A DNA stretch of 64,000 nt from Haliotis cracherodii (taxonomy: Eukaryota): NCBI RefSeq assembly GCF_022045235.1, contig NW_027266264.1:77376001-77440000 (forward strand). The letters are read 5' to 3'. Below, one piece after another: positions 49,501-62,595 of this stretch. Numbering within the stretch: position 1 is the first letter of the stretch; the number at the start of each line of letters is the position of its first letter. Both the position numbers and the translations under genes were made by a program. The notes beneath the pieces were generated by a model that searched no databases, had not been told where the DNA came from, and saw only the letters and a program-made list of their open reading frames with translations.

Positions 49501-51479
49501 GGTTTAATTTACTCGTGAGTTAGTGAAATAGTTCCATGTTCCAGCACGTGTATCCCTGATATTGTACACGCGTCACAGCAATATAACGGTAAATCAGTGC
49601 CTCGCTCCGTATTTAGTGAGTACTACGTCATGCAGCATCACTTCATAGGTTTGACTTAAAAATAATAAGCCGTATCTTACGTATATTTCCACACCACACA
49701 AGGGCATGCTCAAAGCTATGTTATTACCCCGGTTACTGGATCAGTGTGCTCTCAACAATCATTCTCAGCTCCCTGGGGGAGTATGCAATCCAAGCTGCCT
49801 GTTAGGTGCTGGAAGGCTAACAACCACATTGTCATCACACACACATATATGCATGTAGTTTATTTGTAATCATGTTGTAACTGATAACCCATAACACAAA
49901 ATAAACTAAACTATCATACTGCCGAAATGTACGAGCCAACCCTCTCACCACTAGGCCAGCCCACCTTCGTGTCACCATGGGGTACAGGACGTGTCCTAAA
50001 CTAGTCTCCTGGCTACTGATATCTGGCGAAGTGACTATGGAAACGGTTAAAGTAATACGTATGTGTCCATTTCGCAGAAACTGTGTTGTCCTCAGTTCCT
50101 GTGTTTCCCTTTGAATAATATACTCAAATGTGTCACTCGTTATTGCAGACGATATCCTAGACTTTCAGGCAACCTTCAGTGAATATTGGCCGGATATCTC
50201 ATATTCATGGGATGAAATCCTAATTGTCACATCAATATTAATGAGATGATGTACTAGTAATTAATTGATTTCAACACAAATTCACACTGCTTAGCTGTAA
50301 TTTATCTTGTTTTAAGACAAACCTTCTCTAAATACCATTTTTACAAAGTCATACAATTTCAAGCGTCCCTCACACAAAGCATATCGCGCTCATTTTACTT
50401 TTTTCTCAGATTCTAAATATTTGGCCGAATAATCTACTGAAGTTAAAGTCATTTCCAGCATTTTGATGTTTAGTTCCACAGCAGCAGGATATTTCAATCA
50501 CACCAGTCAAAGAAGGTTGATAGTTTCACTTATGTGTGATCATTAAGGATTTGAACTGAAATGATAAAAAGTTGACAACTGGTTTCTATTCAATGGAGGA
50601 ATAGACAAAGGTTTACCGACAAAACCCTTTCAATAATCAAAAGAGATATCTGCTTCTGGCATGCAGTTTAAGGAATCTCCATTGTACTTTTACGGCTTTA
50701 TCACAAACAGGTGTTTATGAATCACTGTCAGATAGTGATGATGTCAGTTAGAACTGTATGGAAATGAGAACAATATTGATTCAAATATCATTAGATGAGA
50801 GAATCCATTAACAAACTTATTGACGTTCATCATGATGGTTTTGATATTCTCTGAATGGCGGCTTCAGGCTTTACATGGATAAAATATTACAAATGATGAT
50901 TTCAATTTCTTAAAATCAATCACAATAAATTAGACCATATATATACGATGTTTAATGTTTAATGAATATCATGTTCCTAGTTTAATGAAATTAGATTGAA
51001 ATTCTGCCATAGGGCATTTTCGTCCGAGGCTATTATTGTTATTTTATATATTTCGCATATATATAATGAATAATATACTCAAATGTATCACTCTCGTTTC
51101 GTCATTGTAGAATATATCCTAGACTTTCAGGTAGCCTTCAGGTAATATTGGACGGATATCTTATGTTCATGATGAAATCAGAATTGTCACATCAACACTG
51201 ATGAGATTATGTACCAGTAAATTATTGATTTCAACACAAATTCACACTGTTTAGTTATAATTTATGTATGTCTTAAGACAAACATGTATGTGTTAAAATA
51301 CCATTTTTACATACAATTTCAAGCGTCCCTTACACTAAGCAAATCGCGCTCGTTTTAACTTTTTACTGAATATTTGGCGCAATAATCTACTGAAGTTAAA
51401 GTATTTCCAGCATTTGGATGTTTAGTTCCACAGCAGCAGGATATTTCAATCACGCCTGTCAAAGAAGGTTGATAGTTTC
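46502..51479. repeat. Tandem segmental triplication with a ~2.1-kb unit (third copy partial)
   Basis: tcagatagtgatgatgtca starts at 46502, 48600 and 50728. Copies 1 and 2 are near-identical. Copy 3 lacks about 1.2 kb of the middle and is more diverged. Confidence 0.97.
47588..47865 (-). mobile_element. Degenerate SINE with an L2-like tail (duplicated at about 49686-49962)
   Basis: Minus strand begins ggcctagtggtgagagggttggctc (A-box-like) and ends ...ccggggtaataatagagctttgagca. Confidence 0.45.
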
Positions 51480-52976
51480 CTCCCTGGGGCGAGAAGTTAT
51501 TGGCTGAAACGCACGCAATATTTTTCATTTCTCATCTAATTTCCGGCAATTTCGTAAATGATCATGGCACTGAAATTCAAACTCTCCCATAGCCGAAGAG
51601 GAAAATAAAATACTAAAAAGTTCAGGAGGATGAATGACAAAGTCAGGTGTACATATCAAACAATAACTGAACTCAAAGGACTAGTCTTCTTGACGATATG
51701 ATATTAACTATTTATATAGTAAAGACGACCATACATTTCAAGCTTTGATTGTTATTTGACATACTTCTATTCGAATTTTTGCTATTTTAAATATCGTTTG
51801 AAAGTTAAAATATTTGGCCTGTCATAACAAAACATAGTAAATTTACAGAATGCTTATATACGTGTTTACAACATAGAAATACAAATTACAAGCAGGTCTG
51901 CAAAGATAAGGAAGAATCAATGCCTTGGGCAATAACGGATCATCTGTCCCGGGGGAATGTGTGAGGTGTGAGGTGCAAGCCCTATGATTGGGATTCGTTT
52001 CAAGTGGTATACAATCCTTGTATCGGGAGGACTATGTGTCTGATAACATGAGGCAGGATGTCACGTGTGTTCTCACTCCGATGACGTATGAGGCCATGAC
52101 CACGTCGGAAGATTTTGTTGTTCTCACACAACTTTCTCAAACCAGATGTAACGATTTTCATTGTGTTCACAATAAAAACGTATATTTTCAAAATATATGT
52201 CATGTCTTCAAGCAAGAAAAACGCAATCATCGTGGTATTTACACAAATGCGTTTTAGGTGTGTTATTGGCCGACACAATTAAGAATTAACGATAACCGAG
52301 GCACGTTTACATAATGTAGGATTAAAAAATAATGAAAGAGAAAGATGTGCTGACATCGTGGAACACTGCTCGGAACCATCAAAGGAAACCTTTATATTTA
52401 AGGCCAACCGACTTCACTGGCACAATTCCACACGGTTGACATGCAGTATAAATGAACAGCTAATATGCTGATTGTAGAAATTATCATTCGCGCAAAAAAC
52501 AACACAGGAAAAACGTTGTGAAAGGTTGATTGCTATGCGATGAGCCGTATTCAGACTCCTCAGCTGGAAGGTATGTAGCTACGCTGCTAATTTCCTACCG
52601 TCATCCTATCCTCCCCTGCCATGATGGCGTCTGAAGACAACAGTTTAAATTTGTGGACTCATTATAGAAATGTCACAGAATGCCTGTAGCTGTCGGAAAC
52701 ATCAGGGTGATCACTGACACCACCTTAGCTCGCCCACAAAGACAGAGCTTTTACTCCCTTGAGCCAATAGAGCGGTTGTAATTTCCCGGGAATCGTGTTC
52801 AAAATCTACCTGCTTTGACTTATCAATTCCTGCCCGAAGGGACCTCGTTGGATGCCGCTATCAAAGATGTCTGTTTGATTACTGGTGATTAAAGATCCTC
52901 TTCCGATGCCTTAGTAGTATACTGCTTCAAGTTATGTTAGGAATTTCTGTCATATTTGTTTGACACTTGATGTGAG

Positions 52977-53136
52977 TAAGTGAGAACGGTTTAACGCCGA
53001 TTTGAGCAATATTCTAGTAATATCACGGCGGCGAACCCCCGAAATGGGGTTCCCACATTGTACCCATGTGGAGAATCAAACCAAGGTCTTCAACGTGACG
53101 AGCGAACGCTTGAACCACTAGGCCACCCCACCGCCC
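52977..53136 (-). mobile_element. Family A SINE with degenerate TSD
   Basis: cacttgatgtgag (52964-52976) and cacttggtgtaag (53139-53151). Confidence 0.9.
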
Positions 53137-53644
53137 TTCACTTGGTGTAAGCAAGACACATCTGGTAGAATGTGACACGCATGTACATACGTAATAGTAG
53201 CCGTGGAATATGTTGAACGAGAAGTAACTAGGATAGAAAGATCAATAATCCTACAAAACAAATTTACGAATTTGTTTAAAGCCCTTTAATCTGGAATACA
53301 AGTCAGTACATACCAAACCGTTGTTAAAATGGTCCATATATACACTTTGTCGTTAAGTTAGGATCAAATATACAACTACTTAACTTAAATATAATCCCAG
53401 CATCGTCAGTACTTCATGAGCTTGTATTTGCAGCGTTGCCGGATCAACTTTTATCCAACGAATCAAGCCACGGCCTGGTGTCAGCGGGAGGGAAACAGCG
53501 AATGTTCCAACCAATGAGAGCTGAGATTACATCCCACAAACGGCAATGTAAATCCACATGAATAATACCAGTACATTTTCAAATGTCAACCTTTTGGAAA
53601 TGATATGGAGAGTTTGGTGATGCTAGGGTTTGTCAGTACAACGC

Positions 53645-53868
53645 GGGCGCAATTGGTAAAATGGTCGAAATTGTAGAATTGCGCTCCTTAGGTCGTGGGT
53701 TTGAATCACAGATTCGCTCTGATTATGTCGTTTGGTTTGTCATACCATACTCATGTTCGTAAGTTTTATAAAGTGGAAATGACCTTCATCACACCCGAGT
53801 TCCAGCCACATTCCTAAACTGTCACGCTGTGATGTAACAGAAACACGTTAAATTCGACTCACTCACTT
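53645..53868 (+). mobile_element. Old family C SINE
   Basis: tcgtgggtttgaatc, gattatgt, ggtttgtcataccatac, catcac, cacgctgtgatgtaac, actcactcac. Confidence 0.65.
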
Positions 53869-54666
53869 CTACAGCATAATGGACACAGATATTCGATGTA
53901 TAGATGGTGTACCAATAACACAGGAACCTGAAACACACGAAAACGGCGGTGAAAAGGCTTTGGGTGAATGTCATTGACACATAGTTGACAAATATCTCTG
54001 GACGATCAAAGTATTTGTTTGTCCTGCAAGAAAAGCGTGGTCTGTCACCTACAATCCATTGGAAGCTTAATGTCAGTCCTAAACAACACTGTGCTATTTT
54101 GAATGTCCGTATGGCCTTGTAACCTTTACAAAGTTAATACTGGGTCGCTTGGGTGTAATTTTAGGCTTCCTGGTTTACATTTTGCCAATATCCCGCTCTC
54201 GACGTCCCATCAATAATGCAGAAACAGGCGGAAGTGTAATTACAATCTGAGGTGCCTTTTGCATTATACTATAGGCCGGTAGTATGGTGTCACACAACTC
54301 TCAGCAGTGCAATCAGCAGATGGCAGCACAAAGCGAAACCTCGTAAAGCTGTGAGGAGTTGGGATGACGGCAATTTACAAGATGGAGTACGGTTAATTGG
54401 AATTACTTTTCAGTGGTGTCAGTTGTCAGGATTGATATCATGTTCATACTTAGAAAAACACTTAGGATAGAAGATGATAGCAATTACCACGCCAGGTGTT
54501 ATGGGGATAGTTGCAAAAGCGTCATATTTTTTTAATGGTTCACCTTAAAACTAAGGCTATGTACATTTGTTGTTGCAAATTCGGAAACTGTCATTCTAAG
54601 ACATATCCTTGGCTTCATATCTGTTGTACTCATCACCCCGAGGCAAGAGAGTTAACTGTCTATTAA

Positions 54667-55142
54667 AGCGCAGCTTCCAACCTTGCCGAACTAGGCTGGT
54701 ATTATGAAGATAGATTTTGGCTGGACTTACGAGTCTATGCATAGTCCAATCAAAATCGCGCAATGAAATCGAAATCCGGTTCGTGAACTGTCTTGCAGAT
54801 TTCGGTCGATTGCATGATTTGTAAAACATGTGCATCACCAACTCGTTGTCAACAGATATTTTCCAAATCTTTTCATATTATTATTCAAGCTGCTCGCGTG
54901 ATTTGATGCACTTCGCTATGTAAGCCCCGTTTTATCACAATATCGATCTTGATTATCGATCAGATCGTATTGACTGGGCGCCGCCATTTTGTTTGAATGC
55001 AAAATGCAAGTGATACGAGAGGTGGAATCTGATTGGTACATAGGAGAGGCATAGAAGGGACATAACTCGTAATAGCCATTGGTGGCGCTACGATCGAGCC
55101 CAGGAATTCCAGCGTAGTTCGACAAGGGTGGAAACTGGACCT
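54667..55142. mobile_element. Non-autonomous DNA transposon with TTAA TSD and AG..CT termini (Kolobok-like MITE)
   Basis: TTAA at 54663-54666 and 55143-55146. Left end agcgcagcttccaaccttgccgaactaggctgg matches the reverse complement of the right end, aggtccagtttccacccttgtcgaactacgctgg. Confidence 0.8.
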
Positions 55143-55442
55143 TTAAAGACAGTTAACTCTCTTGCCTCGGGAACATGCGTTGTACTATGCTCCCTCAGGT
55201 TCACTTGAACTGCATTAATAGTTACGCTTGAATGGTTGGGTAACATTGTAGGGTTCACGATAATTGTCCCGTGTACAAATAAACCCCAGATAAACCTCAA
55301 TATAATCGTCGGGCAACAAACTTCTGTACCGTACAAACACCTTATATTAAACCGTTTCATCGCCATCCAGCTCACCCCTACTGCTCGTTCTGCGCAAAGC
55401 GCTCACTGTTGTATATCCCTCAATCACAACCCCGTACAGCCC

Positions 55443-55745
55443 AACCACACCACCGCTCACGCAGTTCCTCCGCTCAACCACATCACCGCTCATGCCGTTC
55501 CTCCGCTCAACCACATCACCGATAAACACAATTCCTCCGCTCAGCCACATCACCGCTCATGCCGTTCCTCCACCCAACCACATCACCGATAAACACAATT
55601 CCTCCGCTTAACCACATCACCGCTCATGCCGTTCCTCGGCTCAACCACATCACCGCTCATGCCGTTCCTCCGCTCAACCACATCAACGATAAACACAATT
55701 CCACCGTTCAACCACATCAACGCTCATTAAACTCCACTACTCAAC
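55443..55745. repeat. ~33-35-bp minisatellite with two unit types
   Basis: accacatcaccgctcatgccgttcctccgctca interspersed with accacatcaccgataaacacaattcctccgctca. Confidence 0.93.
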
Positions 55746-57735
55746 CGTCAGGTGCATATTTAGCACCTAAAATGTCGAATGCCCTTGATCATCTGAAAAA
55801 AACATGGATATCTGACAAAAAACAGAATAACACTAAACTATAATTGGTTTTAGTTGGAATGTGATTATTTTCATAATAGGAGATCTGGGGTTACAAACTG
55901 ATGTCATCAGGGAATTACTGAATATTAGCACCACAATAACAACGTTTCCCAGACATCTATGATATAATCACCAATCTTTTTTCATTAATATACAAGTTCG
56001 CCGAGTGTAATTGCCGACATAGATATCATCTGTTAATCATCATAACGCGCTCCTGTTCCCAGCAATCAATACTGCAGTACACTGTGGGCGACAGACTTGT
56101 CCTACCTATGAGTACACCACTGTGATGTACGCACGCACACATTTACACGCTGTGGAAGTGTAATAATCTGGAACCGTAAACCCCATTAAACTTCAACTGG
56201 ATTAAATAGGAATCGAAACCCCAGCCTACGATGCAACAGTCTACACACCACAACACTAATAAGATATCATGCGTGTCAGTGTTCGCAAATCCTGGATGGT
56301 CCTGGTAGGAAGAAAAACTGTATGTAACATTCCGATGATTCCACGACGATCCTAACGCCCATACTTTCACATAGCCGTAGATCGTGTTAGCGCTACGCTC
56401 GCTTCGTGGAAACTGACCCAGGAACGATAACTGTATTGAACGGTGTAACACTAGCTGAGGTTGGTTCAGTTTCAGTTGAGATCTCATGTAAGGTCTATGT
56501 CCTTTGATCATACATGTGCATCGTTTCATGAGCATTGTGTTGTACTGTGATCATATCATGCATCCTCATCTCAAACATCTTGTTTTCTCTTCCTTCAGGC
56601 GTACACTCATTAAAGCCTTAGAATTGGTTCTCTACGCTCTGGTTATATACGGGTAAGCTGACTGTATAACAAACAACCCAAGACTGGACTCATTATTGGA
56701 ATTGACTATGGAATTCAATGTATGGATCTTTTATTTTCTAGTAAGCTTTCGATGTTAATGCCTAATCCTCGATGTTTAGGAAGTGCTTTGATGTTCATTT
56801 TCGACTTTTAATCATTCAAATACAAGCGAGGTATTTTTCGGTTACATTTTGAGCTTTACATGTTGCTGTATTTCATGGGCCTTTGTACACATAGTAATGC
56901 TGTCGTGTGTGGCTATTCGTAGATTCAAATAGACATGGCGGATAGATGTTCGGGTAGATTACGTGTGTACATAATTGGGTTTTTTTCAAATCATATATAA
57001 CCCACTTCCTTTGTCTAGATCTTTTAGTTCAATTGTATGATGTATGTTCGCCTGACATTAAAGGATTGCCTTAATTACACGGAGAAATTGCTCTATGTGA
57101 CATATTACACTAATTACAAATTCAAAGCTAAAACTTGAAATGGGCGCACCCTTAAAAGTGTGTGTCCTGGGTCTTTGACATTAATTCACGAAGCGCCTCG
57201 GCGTTTTCAGCAAACAAAACGACCAAATCCCGAGGCAATAATATGTCGATGATATTTGGATTACTTTGACGTCCAGTGTTCAGAAAGCGATCCCGGCGCT
57301 ATGATTACCATAAGTCTGTAATAGAATAGAAGCATTAAGGTTGTAGAGCGGCGCGGGTCCATGGTTCCGACATGACAAATTCACACGGAAGAATACCTGG
57401 AAGAGTTTCAAAATAAATTCAGTAATGATAAAAAAAATATGAAAACCGGAAGCCATAATCGCTGCCACAACAAAGGCGTGCAAACCCGATAATTCTCGGT
57501 GACCATTCACAGCATTAGTAATACATACTTCACTAAGGTTACAAAGGAATACTTGTAAAATAATAGTTTCCAGGCGAAGGTATATGTAAAACTGTAAAAT
57601 TCTCATCTGTATATTGAGATTGAAATCCGAGTGAGAATAGTACCCCTAAATCTGCTTGTTGTAAGAGGTCCCGTCACTTGCGTTGATTACGTGCAGTAGT
57701 GGACGTCATGGGGCGTTGCTCATAATCGTGCTTAT

Positions 57736-58161
57736 GGTGAGGTGGGGTGAAGTGGGGTTTAACGTCGCGTTCCAGATTATTGCACCTATATTANNNNNNN
57801 NNNNNNNNNNNNNNNNNNNNNNNNNNNNNNNNNNNNNNNNNNNNNNNNNNNNNNNNNNNNNNNNNNNNNNNNNNNNNNNNNNNNNNNNNNNNNNNNNNNN
57901 NNNNNNNNNNNNNNNNNNNNNNNNNNNNNNNNNNNNNNNNNNNNNNNNNNGACGATTTTATAGTGCTGAGATACCATGCCGCAGTTTAACATGAATACCC
58001 CTCTCAGACACAGTATACTGACTCCGAGCTGACCAGTCCTTATTTCAGCAAGACCTTAAATTAATGCCGAGCACCAGGCAGGATAACAACAAGTACCATC
58101 TTTTAACGTCTTTTGGGATGAAGCGGCCGGGGACGCTCTACCACTAGACCATGGAGGCGGT
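57736..58161 (-). mobile_element. SINE family D spanning an N gap, B box deleted
   Basis: Tail ggtgaggtggggtgaagtggggtttaacgtcgcgt lies before the gap. acaacaagtaccatcttttaacgtcttttgg and the head lie after it. Confidence 0.9.
57794..57950. other. Assembly gap or masked run (157 N)
   Basis: Run of n. Confidence 1.
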
Positions 58162-58389
58162 CATATCAACCATGGGTTCGTCTGGCCCAGGCGCGAGTTT
58201 AACAGGCCTCCGCGATGTAGCAGGATTTTCTTTATAAACATGGCGTAAAATAAACAAAAAATACTTTCTCATACCATACACAGTATGTTACCCTTGATTT
58301 GACAACAAAACTATGTCGTGCATGCAGCCGTGCTACATTCCCAAGAGGTCAGTATACCATGTAAGTCCACCATGTAAGTCCACTGTGAC

Positions 58390-59120
58390 TCAAGCGTAAC
58401 CAATGCAATCCTGGAGTAGTCATTACCAACAATGTTTTGGATAAGTTGATAGGAATGAATTATCTTCGATATACCCATTAATGCTATACAATTGCTGGAT
58501 GAAAATGTAAAACTGGGTGTTAAAAAATATTACTGTTTACTTGTGGTTTTTCATTTGTATGGATAAGTCAAGATGTTGGAAATGTGTCAATAATTATGCA
58601 CACCTTTAGACTAAGAGTAAAAGATATATATAAACATAACTGGCAAATAGATGTAAACAATTCTAAATTTCTTAAGCATTGCAGTATAGACTGTTTGATT
58701 GGCACTTTTAGAAGTTTGTAAGTAACAGAGTATGCATAGTAATATAATAAAGAAGTTGTCGTCCACAAACTATCCTGTCTTTACAATTACAGTGTACACA
58801 AATCTCTCCTTCAGCCTGAAATATATATAGCATCAACAAGATATATCATGGTACGAACTTTCTGTAAAATTAGAATCTCGCTACATAAATTTAAGTTTAA
58901 TAATTATAACGTTGATCTTTCAAGTGCAATCAGTAAATCGTGCAAACTGGTAAGCATTGAAGATGGATTTCATGTGTTGTGTATTTGTGAAGAATATACA
59001 AACCTTAGCTCTCAATATGTTCCTGCTAAGCGAAACATGTATAGTCTTCTGTATACTACAAATGTTGATGTAATGAGAACTGCTATCTATCTAAAACATG
59101 TGATTTCACTATGTTAACAT
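58390..59120 (+). mobile_element. Decayed 3' part of a non-LTR retrotransposon ORF2 (RTEX-like C-terminal cysteine-rich region)
   Basis: Peptides LLFTCGFSFVWISQDVGN; WQIDVNNS; LQPEIYI; RTFCKIRISLHKF; CKL..IEDGFHVLCICEEYTNL follow the usual K.R.S.H.L...C..IEDE.H.L..C..Y pattern. Confidence 0.7.
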
Positions 59121-59449
59121 GGATGTTCTATTTAACACTGTCAAGTGACATTTTAGCATGTTCCACTACAATTGTACTATGATAGGGCCCAAAATAAATA
59201 TTAAAAATATATTCTGTTCTGCTCTGTTTCGGATAAAACTGTTTCACACAATTTGTGTTACGTTTATGTTTCCTTAAATCAGAAAAAAACCCATTAGGCC
59301 ACGCCCACTGTTTCTGATTGGGTGGGGCTTGTGTTGCATTATTGCGCTGAACGATGTCGCTCATTTCATATTGTTGTCTACATTTTTTGTGTTCATTATA
59401 CAATAAGCAGCCTGTGTAGTTATTATTGTTGTCGTATTTATTTATTCGA

Positions 59450-59592
59450 ATTGACTTCAATATTTATTTGCGTTCATTGAGTAATAAACGTAAAACCTGC
59501 TGTGCATACTTTGCGTAAAGCCGCTATACACCCTATGCACACAGTTTTTATACGTTTATACCGCCATAAACGCAAATAATATTGAAGTCAAT
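59450..59592. repeat. Long imperfect palindrome (about 70-bp arms)
   Basis: attgacttcaatatttatttgcgtt...ataaacgta...tgtgcata is mirrored by tatgcaca...tacgtttat...aacgcaaataatattgaagtcaat. Confidence 0.9.
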
Positions 59593-60634
59593 ACTGAAAT
59601 TACCTGACTTTTATCATAGATGATTTTCATATAACCCTACTGAGTTCACATCCCTCTAGGGACAAGGGGACACATACAACCACCAAAACGTAATCGGTCA
59701 AGTCGCTATTCCCTACGGTGTGATTGACACACATGTTCTGTCTAACAGTGTTGGTGACTCCAGTTGATCTTAATGCCTGGCATCTAAACACTGCCCCTGT
59801 CAAATACATGTAATCCATTCTCACGGGACGGGCACAATTACAACCAGTTACCGGGACACGGTGGTCGTTATTGCTGCCACTGCTGGTTCACCTTGTGACA
59901 TATGCCCCTATTATTACCTCCTGTGACAGAATGTTTGCCTTTTCTGACCTGCCTTAATGATTCCACAGTAACAAATGTATATTATCGTATTTGCTCTGTT
60001 TGATTTCCTTACATTGAGCATTGGCACTGGTTGGTTACAATAAAAGCTAGCTGGTAATGAAAGCTCACTGAAGTAATTTGCTCTGTATTACATACTGATA
60101 AATTACTACAATGTATTTATCAATGAGACAACGAGGTCTGTAGGCTAATTTAGAATTCGATTTGAAACGTAAATAAAATTTTCCCTCTAATCGTAGAACT
60201 TCCAATAAGCCATCCTACGTCATTAAGTACAACATTTGGGGAAACTGCTTGAACGCATCCTTCGAGGCATTTTAATTAAAATCAATGTTTTAAACTCGGA
60301 CCGAATACTTGACTAATAAGCAAATCCAAATCGCAGAACCTTATTGAAGTTTTTTCCGTTGCGATGTTATTAATATGATATATGTCATAAATATTTCCAT
60401 TACTTTTAACAACTGTAACGCACGAAAAGTGCAACCTTGCTTCGTTAAACACCAATTACAAAAATACCTAGGACTTTTGAAATGAAGAAGAGGCTTTATT
60501 CGGTCCAGCAGTTATGAAGGCAAATTCTATGGCATGTATAATTAATCATCAAGGCACTGTCTCTCTAGAGTCTTGTGTGTTTTCTTTGCATTGACGTATT
60601 GTTATCCGCGAAAGAATACCGTCATCACCATCTC

Positions 60635-62290
60635 TACAGTGGCCTTGTCATCCGAGACACCGCATCCGTACAGGACCTTGTCATCTGAGACACCGCATCT
60701 GTACAGGACCTTGTCATCTGAGACACCGCATCTGTACAGTGACCTTGTCATCTGAGACACCGCATCTGTACAGGACCTTGTCATCTGAGACACCACATCT
60801 GTACAGGACCTTATCATCTGAGACACCGCATCTGTACAGTGGCCTTGTCATCTGAGACACCGCATCTATACAGTGACCTTGTCATCTGAGACACCGCATC
60901 TGTACAGGGGCCTTGTCATCTGAGACACCGCATCTGTACAGGGGCCTTGTCATCTGAGACACCGCATCTGTACAGGACCTTGTCATCTGAGACACCGCAT
61001 CTGTACAGTGACATTATCATCTGAGACACCGCATCTGTACAGTGACCTTGTCATCTGAGACACCGCATCTGTACAGAACCTTGTCATCTGAGACACCGCA
61101 TCTGTACAGTGGCCTTGTCATCTGAGACACCGCATCTGTACAGTGACCTTATCATCTGAGACACCGCATCTGTACAGTGACCTTATCATCTGAGACACCG
61201 CATCTGTACAGGACCTTATCATCTGAGACACCGCATCTGTACAGTGACCTTATCATCTGAGACACCGCATCTGTACAGTGACTTTGTCATCTGAGACACC
61301 GCATCTGTACTGTGACCTTATCATCTGAGACACCGCATCTGTACAGTGACCTTGTCATTTGAGACACCGCATCTGTACAGTGACCTTGTCATCTGAGACA
61401 CCGCATCTGTACAGGACCTTGTAATCTGAGACACCGCATCTGTACAGTGACCTTGTCATCTGAGACACCGCATCAGGACAGTGACCTTATCATCTGAGAC
61501 ACTGCATCTGTACAGTGACCTTATCATCTGAGACACCGCATCTGTACAGGACCTTGCCATCTGAGACAACGCATCTGTACAGTGACCTTATCATCTGAGA
61601 CACCGCATCTGTACAGTGACCTTGTCATCTGAGACACCGCATCTGTACAGTGGCCTTGTCATCTGAGACACTGCCTCTGTACAGTGACCTTATCATCTGA
61701 GACACCGCATCTGTACAGGGGCCTTGTCATCTGAGACACCGCATCTGTACAATGACCTTATCATCTGAGACACCGCATCTGTACAGGACCTTGTCATCCG
61801 AGACACCGCATCTGTACAGGGGCCTTGTCATCTGAGACACCGCATCTGTACAGTGACCTTATCATCTGAGACACCGCATCTGTACAGGACCTTGTCATCT
61901 GAGACACCGCATCTGTACAGGGGCCTTGTCATCTGAGACACCGCATCTGTACAGTGACCTTATCATCTGAGACACCGCATCTGTACAGGACCTTGTCATC
62001 TGAGACACCGCATCTGTACAGTGACCTTATCATCTGAGACACCGCATCTGTACAGGACCTTATCATCTGAGACACCGCATCTGTACAGGACCTTGTCATC
62101 TGAGACACCGCATCTGTACAGTGACCTTATCATCTGAGACACCGCATCTGTACAGGACCTTATCATCTGAGACACCGCATCTGTACAGGACCTTATCATC
62201 TGAGACACCGCATCTGTACAGGACCTTATCATCTGAGACACCGCATCTGTAAAGGGACCTTGTCATCTGAGACACCGCATCTGTACAGGG
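60635..62290. repeat. 33/34-bp minisatellite, about 49 copies
   Basis: cctt(g/a)tcatctgagacaccgcatctgtaca followed by gga, gtga, gtgg or gggg. Confidence 0.99.
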
Positions 62291-62424
62291 GTTGTGATCA
62301 GACAAAAATACTGTTCAAAACAAACCTCATGTCACTCACTCAAGATCTGTACACGTTTTGGTGCCATACGTTTTTCACATACCCTCATCCCGTGTCTAGA
62401 TAATATATATATTCGCCGAACGTG

Positions 62425-62595
62425 TATATAAATAGAGGTTATCACGCGAGTGTGTTTTGGGATGGTAAATATCCTGCATTAGGAATACACATTGTATTCA
62501 GCGAGCCTTGGCGAGCTAAATACATGGTGTTTATTCCTAATACAGGATATTTACCATCCCCAAACACACAAGCGTGATAACCTCTTTATCATATA
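62425..62595. repeat. Long near-perfect palindrome (about 70-bp arms), probably the end of a non-autonomous DNA element
   Basis: agaggttatcacgc..gtgtgttt.gggatggtaaatatcctg.attaggaata matches the reverse complement of the right arm. The loop is around gagccttggcga. Confidence 0.93.

Noticed and set aside
55236-55843. His/Pro-rich repetitive ORFs
   Set aside because: These are translations of the ~33-35-bp minisatellite; the mixed unit lengths shift the frame.
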